In this document: positions 28,758 to 37,848 of the stretch, piece after piece
Layout of the letters: every line of letters starts with the position of its first letter
How positions within the stretch are numbered: position 1 is the first letter of the stretch
NCBI GenBank assembly: GCA_029855935.1
Contig: JAGSHN010000012.1
Location: forward strand, 192,001 to 256,000
Direction of reading: 5' to 3'
DNA from: Candidatus Thorarchaeota archaeon
Lineage (GTDB): Archaea; Asgardarchaeota; Thorarchaeia; Thorarchaeales; Thorarchaeaceae
Length of the DNA stretch: 64,000 nucleotides
Notes under the pieces: generated by a model
Database searches by the model: none
What the model was told of the DNA's origin: nothing
Seen by the model: the letters and a program-made list of their open reading frames with translations, nothing else
Position numbers and translations under genes: made by a program

Positions 28758-30251
28758 TCACCACTCAAGACTCTGCAGCACGTCCTTATACTCTTGCCTC
28801 TGCGCCAACGGAAACCAGTCCTCTACCCTCATGACATATCTGTACAGAACATTCTCCGCGCGAGCCATTACAGTGTCTCTCCTCCTCCTACGGCTCAGCC
28901 CGCTGATGGGATGTCTCTCAAGATAGTACTCTATGAACTCGTCAACGTCTGTCCACCTTCTCGTGACGTCCACCCAGACGTATCCGTCCTTCTCGTAGGT
29001 GCGAGAATGTCGCTTCTTGAAGGCCCTGACGGCGTCTCCAAGGTCGAGCGGAGGTCCTCTCCTCTTGTACACAGGCTCAATCTTGGGCCGCTCCACGATG
29101 AGGGACGCTGCAAAGGTGTACCCCTCGAAGTACACCTCCCAGAGGACATCTCCAAACCTGACCTCACCTGTTCCCTCCCGGGCCAAGGCTGCGCTGAGGC
29201 CGCGCATGAGCCTGTAGATCTTGTCCCGGTAGAGAGTGTAGTGTTTCTCAGGGTCGCCGATGAACCTGATAGTCCTGCAGTGCGGTGCGAGCCAAGTTGG
29301 CAGAGGGTCGTCTGGTATCGGCTTCTCAATGACAATGGCGACCGCAGCGTTGTCGCGTCTATGTGCTGTCAGCTCCTGCAGATGGGCGAGCCTCTGCTGC
29401 ACCCATCTTATCGCCCTGGGAGAGAAACTTGCTCCCACGTTCCTATTCGGGTCGACAGGGTCTATTATGACAGCGAAGTCCTCCTCTATGGACGGTACCT
29501 GCTTGACTAGTTCTTGAGGGTTCCTCCGAAACGGATCAACCGGTCGTCTTCCAAGGCCACCAAGCAACGAGGCTGCGCCATCCAGTCCATCTCCAAGAAT
29601 GACCAGCACCTCAATGGCATAACCCGTGAGCCCTATCTGACCCACCGCACAGGAGTCACCGTAGGCGTGGGAGGCCCTGACGAACGACTTCAGTATCCGG
29701 ACATCCTCCCGCAGTTCGTCCGTCAGATGACTGACCACATAGCGCGTGTGATGGACAGTTCGGTCCACTGCTGTCAGGGGCCCCGTGTGCAACAACGTCT
29801 CAGCAGGCAGATCAAAACAGAAAATGATGTCTACGTCTATGCCATCTATCACTGCGCTCAGGTACGGATGCTGGGAGTAGGCCTTTACCATCTTTGTGGC
29901 CCCAGCGGCACGGGCAGCAGGTGCGAACCACTCGTTGACAAGGCCATCAAACTCTCTGGATATCAGGCGATCGCGCTCGGGTCGTGGGAGTGATACGATC
30001 TCCTCATAGTCTTCTGGTCGAAGCGCAACAAACAGGTCTATGTCGGCTGCACCACGGATCTGGGTCTGTTTCTCGCCAGTCGATCCCTGCGGCTCAATTG
30101 AGCTAAATCTCCTGCCCTGTTTCCGCCCAAGCTCTGCGAGATGCGTGGTGATCTTCTCGATGACCTTCCTCTGATGGCGTATCTCCTGAGGCGTGGGGGT
30201 GATATTGTCAAGTATCATCTTTCTTGCTCGTGACGTAAGGAGGCGCGCCAT
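28758..30251 (-). CDS. cca: CCA-adding tRNA nucleotidyltransferase (class I)
   Basis: GS...DIDLF, YSQHPY, TAVDRT, GYAIEVL, DPVDPNRNVGA; start at ATG 30251 avoids overlap with the NUDIX gene. Confidence 0.92.
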   Translation of the reverse strand: MARLLTSRARKMILDNITPTPQEIRHQRKVIEKITTHLAELGRKQGRRFSSIEPQGSTGEKQTQIRGAADIDLFVALRPEDYEEIVSLPRPERDRLISREFDGLVNEWFAPAARAAGATKMVKAYSQHPYLSAVIDGIDVDIIFCFDLPAETLLHTGPLTAVDRTVHHTRYVVSHLTDELREDVRILKSFVRASHAYGDSCAVGQIGLTGYAIEVLVILGDGLDGAASLLGGLGRRPVDPFRRNPQELVKQVPSIEEDFAVIIDPVDPNRNVGASFSPRAIRWVQQRLAHLQELTAHRRDNAAVAIVIEKPIPDDPLPTWLAPHCRTIRFIGDPEKHYTLYRDKIYRLMRGLSAALAREGTGEVRFGDVLWEVYFEGYTFAASLIVERPKIEPVYKRRGPPLDLGDAVRAFKKRHSRTYEKDGYVWVDVTRRWTDVDEFIEYYLERHPISGLSRRRRRDTVMARAENVLYRYVMRVEDWFPLAQRQEYKDVLQSLEW

Positions 30252-30342
30252 CGTGCTCACGGATGGCCCTCGGTCGAGGATAAAGAATCTGCCTCTCACG
30301 TAACATTGAACTGATGGCGGTAGCGCCTTTTCTCGGAAGGTA

Positions 30343-30843
30343 GTGGAGATGTCGTCGATACTACCAATTGCAATCACTATCTTGCGGTGTGATGGCAGTT
30401 TTCTATTCATACGGAGGAGGCAGGCCCCATACGAGGGGCTCTGGAGCCTCGTCGGTGGGAAGATCCGTCCTGGTGAGCACATTGCGGCTGCGGCGGTTCG
30501 TGAGATACTTGAGGAGACGGGAGCAGAGAGTGTGCACGGGTATCGATACCAAGGGGTTGTATCGGAGCGCCTTGTTGATGCTACTGGTCACCTGTTGCAG
30601 CACTTCTTGATCTTTGTAGGTAGCGCTGATATTGACTCGTACTCTCCTCGTCACCGAGAGGGCGATCTGCGTCTGTTCACGCGAGCCGAAACCCGGGCTC
30701 GACGGGCTGAGTTCCTTCCGTCGGACCTCCACATGTTCGAAACAATGAGTGGAAGCGACCACGACTGTGGCCTTTATGAGGCAGAGCTCGTACAGGTGAA
30801 TGGCTCCTACTCTCTCAACTACTATCGGAAGTATGACGGTTGA
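30343..30843 (+). CDS. NUDIX hydrolase
   Basis: GGKIRPGEHIAAAAVREILEETG Nudix box. Confidence 0.9.
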   Translation: MEMSSILPIAITILRCDGSFLFIRRRQAPYEGLWSLVGGKIRPGEHIAAAAVREILEETGAESVHGYRYQGVVSERLVDATGHLLQHFLIFVGSADIDSYSPRHREGDLRLFTRAETRARRAEFLPSDLHMFETMSGSDHDCGLYEAELVQVNGSYSLNYYRKYDG

Positions 30844-31811
30844 AGGTCGGCATGATTGACGTGGTTCCCATTGCTGCTGAGTCACTCGGGGTCAGATCTA
30901 TGTGCACACGAATTGTGACTCCTGACATCCGTCTGATTCTCGACCCCTCCGCTGCCCTGTCCCGACGCAACGGTCTCGAACCACATCCTGTTGAATACAG
31001 GCGTCTGCGTGAGACGCTCGAGCGCATCTTTGTTGAGGTTCGAGCTGCAGACCTCGTGTCAATATCGCACTATCACTTTGACCATGTGCGTCCGGGCTTC
31101 ACAGATTTTCGGTATACCTTTGGCTCCCGAGAGGAACTGCAGCGACTCTTTGAGGGGAAGCGGATCCTCGCAAAGGACTACAGAGATCACATCAATGCTT
31201 CGCAGAGGCGTCGGGCCTACTATTTCGAGAAGGACCTTCGTGGTGTGGCCGGGGAGATGGTCTGGGCCGACGCCTCTCGCCTTGAGGTTGGAAACACAAC
31301 GATCACGTTCTCCTCCCCGCTTCCTCACGGACCCGACAGGACCCCCTTGGGCTTTGTGCTTGCCACAACAGTCGAATATGACGGCACGCGTGTATTGTTT
31401 GCACCGGACCTCCAAGGCCCGGTCAGTGATAGTTCGTTGAAGTTCATCCTTGACACTGTACCTGATCTGCTGATCATAGGCGGTCCTCCGACATACCTCC
31501 AGCAATTTGCTCCACACCTGAGGACTGCTCGCGGGAACCTCATAGAGATCGTCGCTCGAATACCCCTTGTCGCCGTGGACCATCACCTGCTTCGGTCGAT
31601 GACTTGGCGGGAGTGGCTGGCTCCCGTGTCTGAAGAGGCCGAACGGAACGAGACCGACCTGAAAACACTCGCGGCCCTTGCCGGCCGCAGCGAGGACTGT
31701 CTTGAGGCACGTCGGCGACAGCTCTACGACGCAATGCCGCCCTCCGAGGAGTTTATAGACTGGACAAAGGCAACACGTGAGTACAAGATGCATCACCCTC
31801 CTCCCCTCTGA
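30840..31811 (+). CDS. UPF0282-like metallo-beta-lactamase fold hydrolase
   Basis: AAESLGVRSM, SHYHFDH, DLQGP, GGPPTYL, DHHLLR. Confidence 0.85.
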   Translation: MKVGMIDVVPIAAESLGVRSMCTRIVTPDIRLILDPSAALSRRNGLEPHPVEYRRLRETLERIFVEVRAADLVSISHYHFDHVRPGFTDFRYTFGSREELQRLFEGKRILAKDYRDHINASQRRRAYYFEKDLRGVAGEMVWADASRLEVGNTTITFSSPLPHGPDRTPLGFVLATTVEYDGTRVLFAPDLQGPVSDSSLKFILDTVPDLLIIGGPPTYLQQFAPHLRTARGNLIEIVARIPLVAVDHHLLRSMTWREWLAPVSEEAERNETDLKTLAALAGRSEDCLEARRRQLYDAMPPSEEFIDWTKATREYKMHHPPPL

Positions 31812-31862
31812 GGGTTTGTATGACATACCTTTTAGTAAAGAAACAACCCAGCCATCTCGAAG

Positions 31863-32126
31863 ATGAGTCCATCAGTGTCCTCTACCAATCACTTCGAGAC
31901 TGAAACAGTGAGGTATCTCGTGGGAAATCTCGGTCTGCAGGTGCTCAACCTGATTGACCAAGGCTGTACCACTGACACAGACCTCATGCGGTTCTCAAGC
32001 ATCAGCAAGACGTGTTTGGACGTCAAGGTTCCCCTTTTAAAGACGCTTGGACTGATAGTTGCGGACGAGTCCGGATATAGGGTCACGAGTGAAGGCCAGA
32101 GAGTATTGCGTGAGATCTACGGGTGA
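31863..32126 (+). CDS. Small winged-helix protein
   Basis: LLKTLGLI...YRVTSEG wing motif. Confidence 0.7.
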   Translation: MSPSVSSTNHFETETVRYLVGNLGLQVLNLIDQGCTTDTDLMRFSSISKTCLDVKVPLLKTLGLIVADESGYRVTSEGQRVLREIYG

Positions 32127-32536
32127 TGATGTTGAAACATCTTACAACGTCAGTAGTGTCACGCCTCCAAGATGGCAACCTCGATCTGAGAGGCGTGGCC
32201 GATGCGGTGGGCATCAAGTCAGGATCGCACGTCCTTCTAGTCGGCAATCGTAGTGGAACAATCCGCATCATTCCGCTTGAGAGTGGCTCGGCAATTGAGT
32301 TGCGCGTTGAGTTCTCACTTACGGCATTCCCTGAGTCGGCGCGAAAGGTGCTCGCAAAGGTCAAACAGTTCGGTCTCAGTATACTTCACTCCACGGGATT
32401 CTGTCCCGTTGAAGATTGTTGTATCTGGGAGGCCTTCTTTGAGGGTCCTCACGAATCGAGAGTTGACGAACTTGTGGCGTGGCTGAATGAACAGGACGCG
32501 GTTATGAACGTGGAACATAACAGACTGGGGATGTGA
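32123..32536 (+). CDS. Putative AbrB-like + ACT-domain regulator
   Basis: DGNLDLRGVADAVGIKSG N-terminus; beta-alpha-beta-beta-alpha-beta C-terminal pattern. Confidence 0.6.
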   Translation: MMMLKHLTTSVVSRLQDGNLDLRGVADAVGIKSGSHVLLVGNRSGTIRIIPLESGSAIELRVEFSLTAFPESARKVLAKVKQFGLSILHSTGFCPVEDCCIWEAFFEGPHESRVDELVAWLNEQDAVMNVEHNRLGM

Positions 32537-32540
32537 TAGG

Positions 32541-33113
32541 GTGTTGACTACCGCTCGGGATGATGATGATGCAGTCCTCGGCTTGTCTACACGTGACATT
32601 GTTCAGAGGTTCAGAGACGCGGTGTCAGAGGCCGACAGACTACTGAGAGGAGAGCAGTATCAGCAGGCAATGGCATTGTACTTTGATGCGAGTCAGTCGG
32701 CCGACGAGCTGTTCGGGCGGTTCGTCAACCTCTTGATGCGTACCGCGCCCAGTGATGCATATCGCGACCTGTTGATAGAGATACTGGGTTGGCGACTGAG
32801 ATACTACACTACCCAGTACGACTATCATCTCTCTGTCGCGCAGACACTGACAGGTCTTCCACGAGATGAGTGGCTTGCCCGTCTGGAAACAATTCTTGTC
32901 CTCTCGCAGACCCTAGTGGAGAAGATGATTCCTCTTGTGGATGAGGCGCGGGATCAGGGCACGCGTGAGCGCATTCGCACCCTTCTCAGTGACTGGGTGA
33001 CCGGGGTGAGGGATCTTGTTGATAAGCTGAGGACGTGGGGGATGTCGAGCGCCCAGGCTGCCCAGATTCTAGAGTGGGCACTTGACAACGGATTGACACC
33101 GGAGAAGCAGTAG
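32541..33113 (+). CDS. Hypothetical all-alpha protein
   Basis: 190 aa helical ORF 4 nt after the preceding gene. Confidence 0.7.
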   Translation: MLTTARDDDDAVLGLSTRDIVQRFRDAVSEADRLLRGEQYQQAMALYFDASQSADELFGRFVNLLMRTAPSDAYRDLLIEILGWRLRYYTTQYDYHLSVAQTLTGLPRDEWLARLETILVLSQTLVEKMIPLVDEARDQGTRERIRTLLSDWVTGVRDLVDKLRTWGMSSAQAAQILEWALDNGLTPEKQ

Positions 33114-33140
33114 GTCTACACGGCCACACGGTGGTGGCTT

Positions 33141-33362
33141 CTACGTTTTCACGTCTGCCTCCACAAATGCGGCCACAGCCTCTGTGTCGGCGAGTTGCAG
33201 ATGGCTGTCCAAGTAACAGATGAGATAGTGGTCGTGATGTCTTATGACGATGGCCGCGGGGAATCTCTTCACGTCCTTGAGGGCTTCTTTTGGTATCTTC
33301 CAGTAGAGTGTCTCCTTGCACACCGGACATTGCATCCACTTCAGCCCTTCGGCCATAGTCAA
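33141..33362 (-). CDS. Small putative zinc-binding protein
   Basis: CPVC plus HHDH in 73 aa. Confidence 0.72.
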   Translation of the reverse strand: MTMAEGLKWMQCPVCKETLYWKIPKEALKDVKRFPAAIVIRHHDHYLICYLDSHLQLADTEAVAAFVEADVKT

Positions 33363-33453
33363 CCACCGGCTTGTGGGTCTTTGAGAAACATACTAAAAAC
33401 GTTTTCCGCTATCTTTGCAGCCCGCGAAACGCTCCTACAGGGCATCTGCAAGC

Positions 33454-34302
33454 CTATTCTTCGTCCTCCATGTCCCAAGCGCCCGGGTCCTCGATATCTC
33501 GGCTGAGAATGGGTCTCTTCCGGTGGATTAGTATTGAGACGTCGGTTCGTTCTGGGTCCACGACAATCTCCTTCGAGTCCTCGTCAAGTACTCCTGGGAT
33601 GTAGCCTCTCTCTATTCCGCGACGCACCAGTCGCTCGACCTTGTCCTCTGGCAGTCCGGAGCTCTCTGAGAGGCTCTTTATTGATATTGCCAGCTCTGAC
33701 TCAAGCGTAGTCCTGACAAAGCCCGTGAAGACGAGCTCGAACAGTTCTAGAATCTCACGTATTCCCTGTTTGTCAGTCACTCTCGCCACGGCTGCCCTAA
33801 TGTACATGTCAGCGTCGCCGAACTGATACTCACTCAGCATCAGGGCAAGGTTGATCAACTCTTTGTTATGACCACTGGTGGTTTCGGCAGCGGCGTGTAT
33901 GAGATGGCGCGCTAGATCGATGTCACCGCCCAGTATGGCGCAGAACGCGCCATCGACGAACTGTGTGGGGTCCTGCTCGTTCTCCGCAACAAGAATGTAT
34001 GCCTCTGCGGCAATCTGACAGTCAATCTCGAATTTCTCATGTTCCCCCTGTCTGAGCCAGGCCCTGCTGGCCTTGCGCATCGCCTGAGCCGCCTCTGCGT
34101 ATCTCTGGGCCAGCATCCCGTGCTCATACGCTCTCTCGTAGCTCGCTGCCGCCTTTCCGAATTCTTCCCATCCCTCCCAACATCTGGCTGCCTCTAGGAA
34201 CAGGTCCATTGCTTCAGAGTTGAGGCCATCTGAGGCCATATCTTCAGCAAGCTCTTCCCGCACACGGCAGTCTGTGCTCTGCATCTGGCATTCCTCTAGC
34301 AC
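33454..34302 (-). CDS. SNAP/TPR-like solenoid with C-terminal PCI-like winged helix
   Basis: AAxxYxxA repeats; ISIKSLSESSGLPEDKVERLVRRGIERGYIPGVLDEDSKEIVV. Confidence 0.72.
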   Translation of the reverse strand: MLEECQMQSTDCRVREELAEDMASDGLNSEAMDLFLEAARCWEGWEEFGKAAASYERAYEHGMLAQRYAEAAQAMRKASRAWLRQGEHEKFEIDCQIAAEAYILVAENEQDPTQFVDGAFCAILGGDIDLARHLIHAAAETTSGHNKELINLALMLSEYQFGDADMYIRAAVARVTDKQGIREILELFELVFTGFVRTTLESELAISIKSLSESSGLPEDKVERLVRRGIERGYIPGVLDEDSKEIVVDPERTDVSILIHRKRPILSRDIEDPGAWDMEDEE

Positions 34303-34342
34303 GGAAGGGACGGAGGCGCATGCCGCGACGAGAGTTCTTATG

Positions 34343-35020
34343 CTATGTGATGCGTCCGTCCTTCATCCTGAGTACTCTCTTGGCGTACTTCACGAGGTCC
34401 TCATTGTGCGTGACGAGGACCACCGTCATTTTCCTCTCCTTGTTCAATCGTGCAATAATCTTCAGGATGTTCTCTCCGGTCTTTGAGTCGAGATTGCCGG
34501 TCGGTTCATCGCAGAACAGAATTGGGGGGTTGTTGACCAGCGCACGGGCTATCGCCACTCTCTGCTGCTCGCCCCCGCTCATCTGCCTTGGGAAGTGGTC
34601 CTTGCGTTCAAGCATATCGACATCGCGGAGCACCTCAAGTGCCATGGCCTCCTGTTTCTCCTTCGGAATCTCTTTGCTCGGCCATAGTACCGCCTCGACG
34701 TTCTCGAACGCTGTGAGATCCTCAATGAGCAGGAAGGCTTGAAAGACGAACCCTATCTTCTGGGCACGTACCTTCGGCATATCGCGCTCGCTGATCAGGG
34801 TGACATCGACTCCATCAATAAGGACTCTGCCGGAGGTCGGTGCCTCTAGCCCCGACAGCACATGAAGCAGAGTTGACTTTCCGCAACCGCTGGGTCCAAC
34901 GACTGCGACGAACTCGCCAGGGAATATCTCAAGATTGATGTCCTTTAGCGCAGCCACGGTCTTCTTTCCGCGCCCGTATTCCTTGTTAACCTCTTGTGCC
35001 TGTATTATTGGATTGGCCAT
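34343..35020 (-). CDS. ABC transporter ATP-binding protein (LolD/FtsE family)
   Basis: GPSGCGKS, MSGGEQQR, DEPTGNLD. Confidence 0.94.
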   Translation of the reverse strand: MANPIIQAQEVNKEYGRGKKTVAALKDINLEIFPGEFVAVVGPSGCGKSTLLHVLSGLEAPTSGRVLIDGVDVTLISERDMPKVRAQKIGFVFQAFLLIEDLTAFENVEAVLWPSKEIPKEKQEAMALEVLRDVDMLERKDHFPRQMSGGEQQRVAIARALVNNPPILFCDEPTGNLDSKTGENILKIIARLNKERKMTVVLVTHNEDLVKYAKRVLRMKDGRIT

Positions 35021-35024
35021 CGTA

Positions 35025-35549
35025 TCACTCCTCCCTCAACGCCCTCATTGGTGGGATCCTCATGGCCCTCCATCTGGCAAGGAGAAGGCCAGGTATCTGC
35101 AGAACAACAATGAAGATCAGTGCAAGGGCCATTGGCATGGCGTCCACAACCATCAGCCTCTGGAGGTCGCTGAGAAACACAAAGTCTGTCTGGAAGTATG
35201 CAACGATTCCGAGAATCTCCACGCTGAGCTGGAAGACCACCAGATAGGCCGCCACGGCTACTATGACAACCTCTCCCATCAGGAGCAGGAAGATCTCCGG
35301 GTTGCTCCACGACACGCACTTCAGGATGGCGATGTCGCGGGCCCTGAACTGGCTGATGAGAATGGCGTAGACGGTGGACACGATCAGGGCCATACCCAAC
35401 CACGGTAGATATCCTGATAGCGTGCTGGCCTCTTGCAGACCTTTGCCGACGACCACAAACAGTATCGCGTATATGACTATGAACGCTGTGACTCTCTTTC
35501 TGGCGCGAAAAGCGAGTCGAAAACTTCTGAACAGTATTCTAATGTTCAA
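35025..35549 (-). CDS. Minimal FtsX-like permease
   Basis: FRARDIAILKCVSW, IPPMRALREE; 4 TM, no large loop. Confidence 0.8.
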   Translation of the reverse strand: MNIRILFRSFRLAFRARKRVTAFIVIYAILFVVVGKGLQEASTLSGYLPWLGMALIVSTVYAILISQFRARDIAILKCVSWSNPEIFLLLMGEVVIVAVAAYLVVFQLSVEILGIVAYFQTDFVFLSDLQRLMVVDAMPMALALIFIVVLQIPGLLLARWRAMRIPPMRALREE

Positions 35550-35607
35550 TGATTCTATCCTCCATCGGACGTGCGGGTCAATCCTCTATTCAATCGCCTA
35601 AAGTGTG

Positions 35608-35862
35608 TTACGGGTGTATATGGCCTCTCACGGCCCCTTGGCTCTCAGGTGACGGCTCTTCCTGTCGCATCCGCTGGAGGTCAGTCACAGCGATTCCATT
35701 GACCCAGAGCTCTCTCATCAGCAGGTCACGAATTGCGACACGAATGACTTCGCTGCGGCTCGGATACATTCCCATCTCGACAAGCTTGTCAATGCCATCT
35801 ACATAGAGCTCACTCATCTTCACCGTGATCAGCTTCAATGCTGCGTCCTCCCGGTACGGCAT
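35608..35862 (-). CDS. Ribbon-helix-helix (CopG/NikR-like) regulator
   Basis: LITVKM...IDKLVEMGMYPSRSEVIRVAIRDLL. Confidence 0.9.
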   Translation of the reverse strand: MPYREDAALKLITVKMSELYVDGIDKLVEMGMYPSRSEVIRVAIRDLLMRELWVNGIAVTDLQRMRQEEPSPESQGAVRGHIHP

Positions 35863-36064
35863 ATCCTGGTGTTACCAGATATAATCCCTTCGCACATGTG
35901 TACCGAATGGCGCTCTCCAACGGGAACTTGTCCACTCCAGCGCACTGCGGTAGTCTGGCCGGAAAAGGCTTAATACGCATCTTCCACTCAGACCCTCTCC
36001 TAGTGGAGGGCGGCCACAGTCGCCCCGGGCCGTCCCTGCGACAAGCAATGCTGGGTGCTGAGGA

Positions 36065-36598
36065 TTGACCGATACCTTTGATGTCATGCGGAAGGTCGTT
36101 ATGATTGGAGCGGGCGGGAGCGGCAAGACAGCTCTTGTCAATAGGTTTCTCACTCAGAAGTTCAGCGAGCAGTACATTGTCACAATCGGATCTCAGTTCG
36201 CGGTCAAGACTGTCAGCGTGAAGGATGGCCGGGGCAATGATGTTGTCGTGAAGCTCCTCGTATGGGATCTCGCAGGTCAAGAGCGTTTCGATTTTATTCG
36301 CTCCAGCTACTACAAGGGTGCAAAAGGTGCTCTCCTCGTCTATGATGTCACTCGCAAGAGCACTTTCCTCGAACTGCCCAAATGGATTGAGGAGACAGAG
36401 GCGGCTTTGGGCACGAGAATCCCGATAATCCTTCTGGCCAACAAGGTCGACCTTGTCAACGAGCGCGTCATCACATCCGAGATGGGGATGGCCTTTGCGC
36501 GAGAGAACCGTCTCGATGGCTATCTTGAGACGAGCGCTCTGACAGGCCAGAATGTGGAGGAGGCCTTCCATCGTCTCGCCGAAGCTACGATCAAATGA
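36065..36598 (+). CDS. Rab-like small GTPase
   Basis: GAGGSGKT, TIG, WDLAGQERF, NKVD, ETSA. Confidence 0.93.
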   Translation: MTDTFDVMRKVVMIGAGGSGKTALVNRFLTQKFSEQYIVTIGSQFAVKTVSVKDGRGNDVVVKLLVWDLAGQERFDFIRSSYYKGAKGALLVYDVTRKSTFLELPKWIEETEAALGTRIPIILLANKVDLVNERVITSEMGMAFARENRLDGYLETSALTGQNVEEAFHRLAEATIK

Positions 36599-36665
36599 CT
36601 GGCCCACTACTTTTATTGGGTGGGGCTGTGAGCGTCACGCCTAGAATTGACCAGGAAGGATAGAA

Positions 36666-37808
36666 ATGTCTGACTCAGGACTAGACCTTGGGCTCCTAGA
36701 GGAGCTATGCAATGCCTTTGGTCCCAGTGGGTTTGAACACGAGGCTCAGCTGATTGCTCGGGACCGGGGTGCAGGATTTGCCGACAAGGTGCTCTACGAT
36801 CGGATGGGATCGGTCATCTTCCAGAAGGGTGACAAGGGCCCCAAGATAATGATTGCTGGCCATGTTGATGAGATCGGGTTCGTCGTGACCGACATTGACA
36901 AGAAGGGTTTCCTTAAGTTTCATCGGCTCGGCGGCTGGTGGGACCAGACTCTTCTGACTCAAGAAGTCGTCATTCGGCCATCCGAGGGCGACGAGAAGAT
37001 TGTGGGAATCATTGGTGCTCCTCCACCGCATGTGCTGACCCCTGAGATGAGGAACAAGGTCCTGACTATGGACAAGATGTACATTGACATCGGCTGCACA
37101 TCAGCTGACGAGGTCCGTGAACTGGGAATTCGTGTGGGCGATCCTGCTGTTCCCTACTCCAAATTCCGGACGATGCGCAGGAAGCGCAAGGAGAAGAAGA
37201 ACCCGGATGAGGAGGACTCCGAAGAGATTGAGCGGGATGTGACGGTTGCTGTGGCCAAGGCCTTTGACGACCGCATTGGTGTCTTCATAGTTCTTGAGGC
37301 TCTCCGAAGAATCACAGAGGAGAACATCGACCATCCCAACACGGTCTACTTTGTTTCGACCACCCAAGAGGAGGTCGGCCTGCGTGGTGCGAGGACCGCA
37401 GCTCAAATGCTTCAGCCTGATATTGGCTTTGCCGTTGATGTTGACATCTCAGGAGATGTGCCTGGTGCCGAGGGTCTTGTCCAGAAGATGGGCAAGGGGG
37501 TGTCAATATCTGCTGGCGACGGCTCGATGATACCGAATCCACGCCTGCGGCGTTTCGTCCTGGATCTGGCGGAGAAGAATGAGATTCGTCATCAACCGGC
37601 ATTCCTGAAGCGGGGCGGCACGGACGCAGGAGTGATTCACATCACCGGGATGGGCGCTCCATCGCTCTTCCTCGGTGTTCCCACAAGACACATTCACTCC
37701 CATCACGGTATGCTTGACATAAGTGATGTCGAGAGTGCTGTTGACCTTCTGGTGGAGATAATCCGCAATCTGGACGAAGACACCGCAAAGAGCTTCACTC
37801 AGCTCTGA
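36666..37808 (+). CDS. M42 family (TET) aminopeptidase
   Basis: GHVDEIG, KAFDDR, QEEVGLRGA, GGTDAG, HIHS. Confidence 0.94.
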   Translation: MSDSGLDLGLLEELCNAFGPSGFEHEAQLIARDRGAGFADKVLYDRMGSVIFQKGDKGPKIMIAGHVDEIGFVVTDIDKKGFLKFHRLGGWWDQTLLTQEVVIRPSEGDEKIVGIIGAPPPHVLTPEMRNKVLTMDKMYIDIGCTSADEVRELGIRVGDPAVPYSKFRTMRRKRKEKKNPDEEDSEEIERDVTVAVAKAFDDRIGVFIVLEALRRITEENIDHPNTVYFVSTTQEEVGLRGARTAAQMLQPDIGFAVDVDISGDVPGAEGLVQKMGKGVSISAGDGSMIPNPRLRRFVLDLAEKNEIRHQPAFLKRGGTDAGVIHITGMGAPSLFLGVPTRHIHSHHGMLDISDVESAVDLLVEIIRNLDEDTAKSFTQL

Positions 37809-37848
37809 GCGGAAGAACGAGAAAGAGTCCAGAGGGGGGTGGGCGCTC

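Noticed and set aside
30252-30482. N-terminal extension of the CCA enzyme in the ORF track
   Set aside because: Overlaps the divergent NUDIX gene and the shared promoter region; not protein-like
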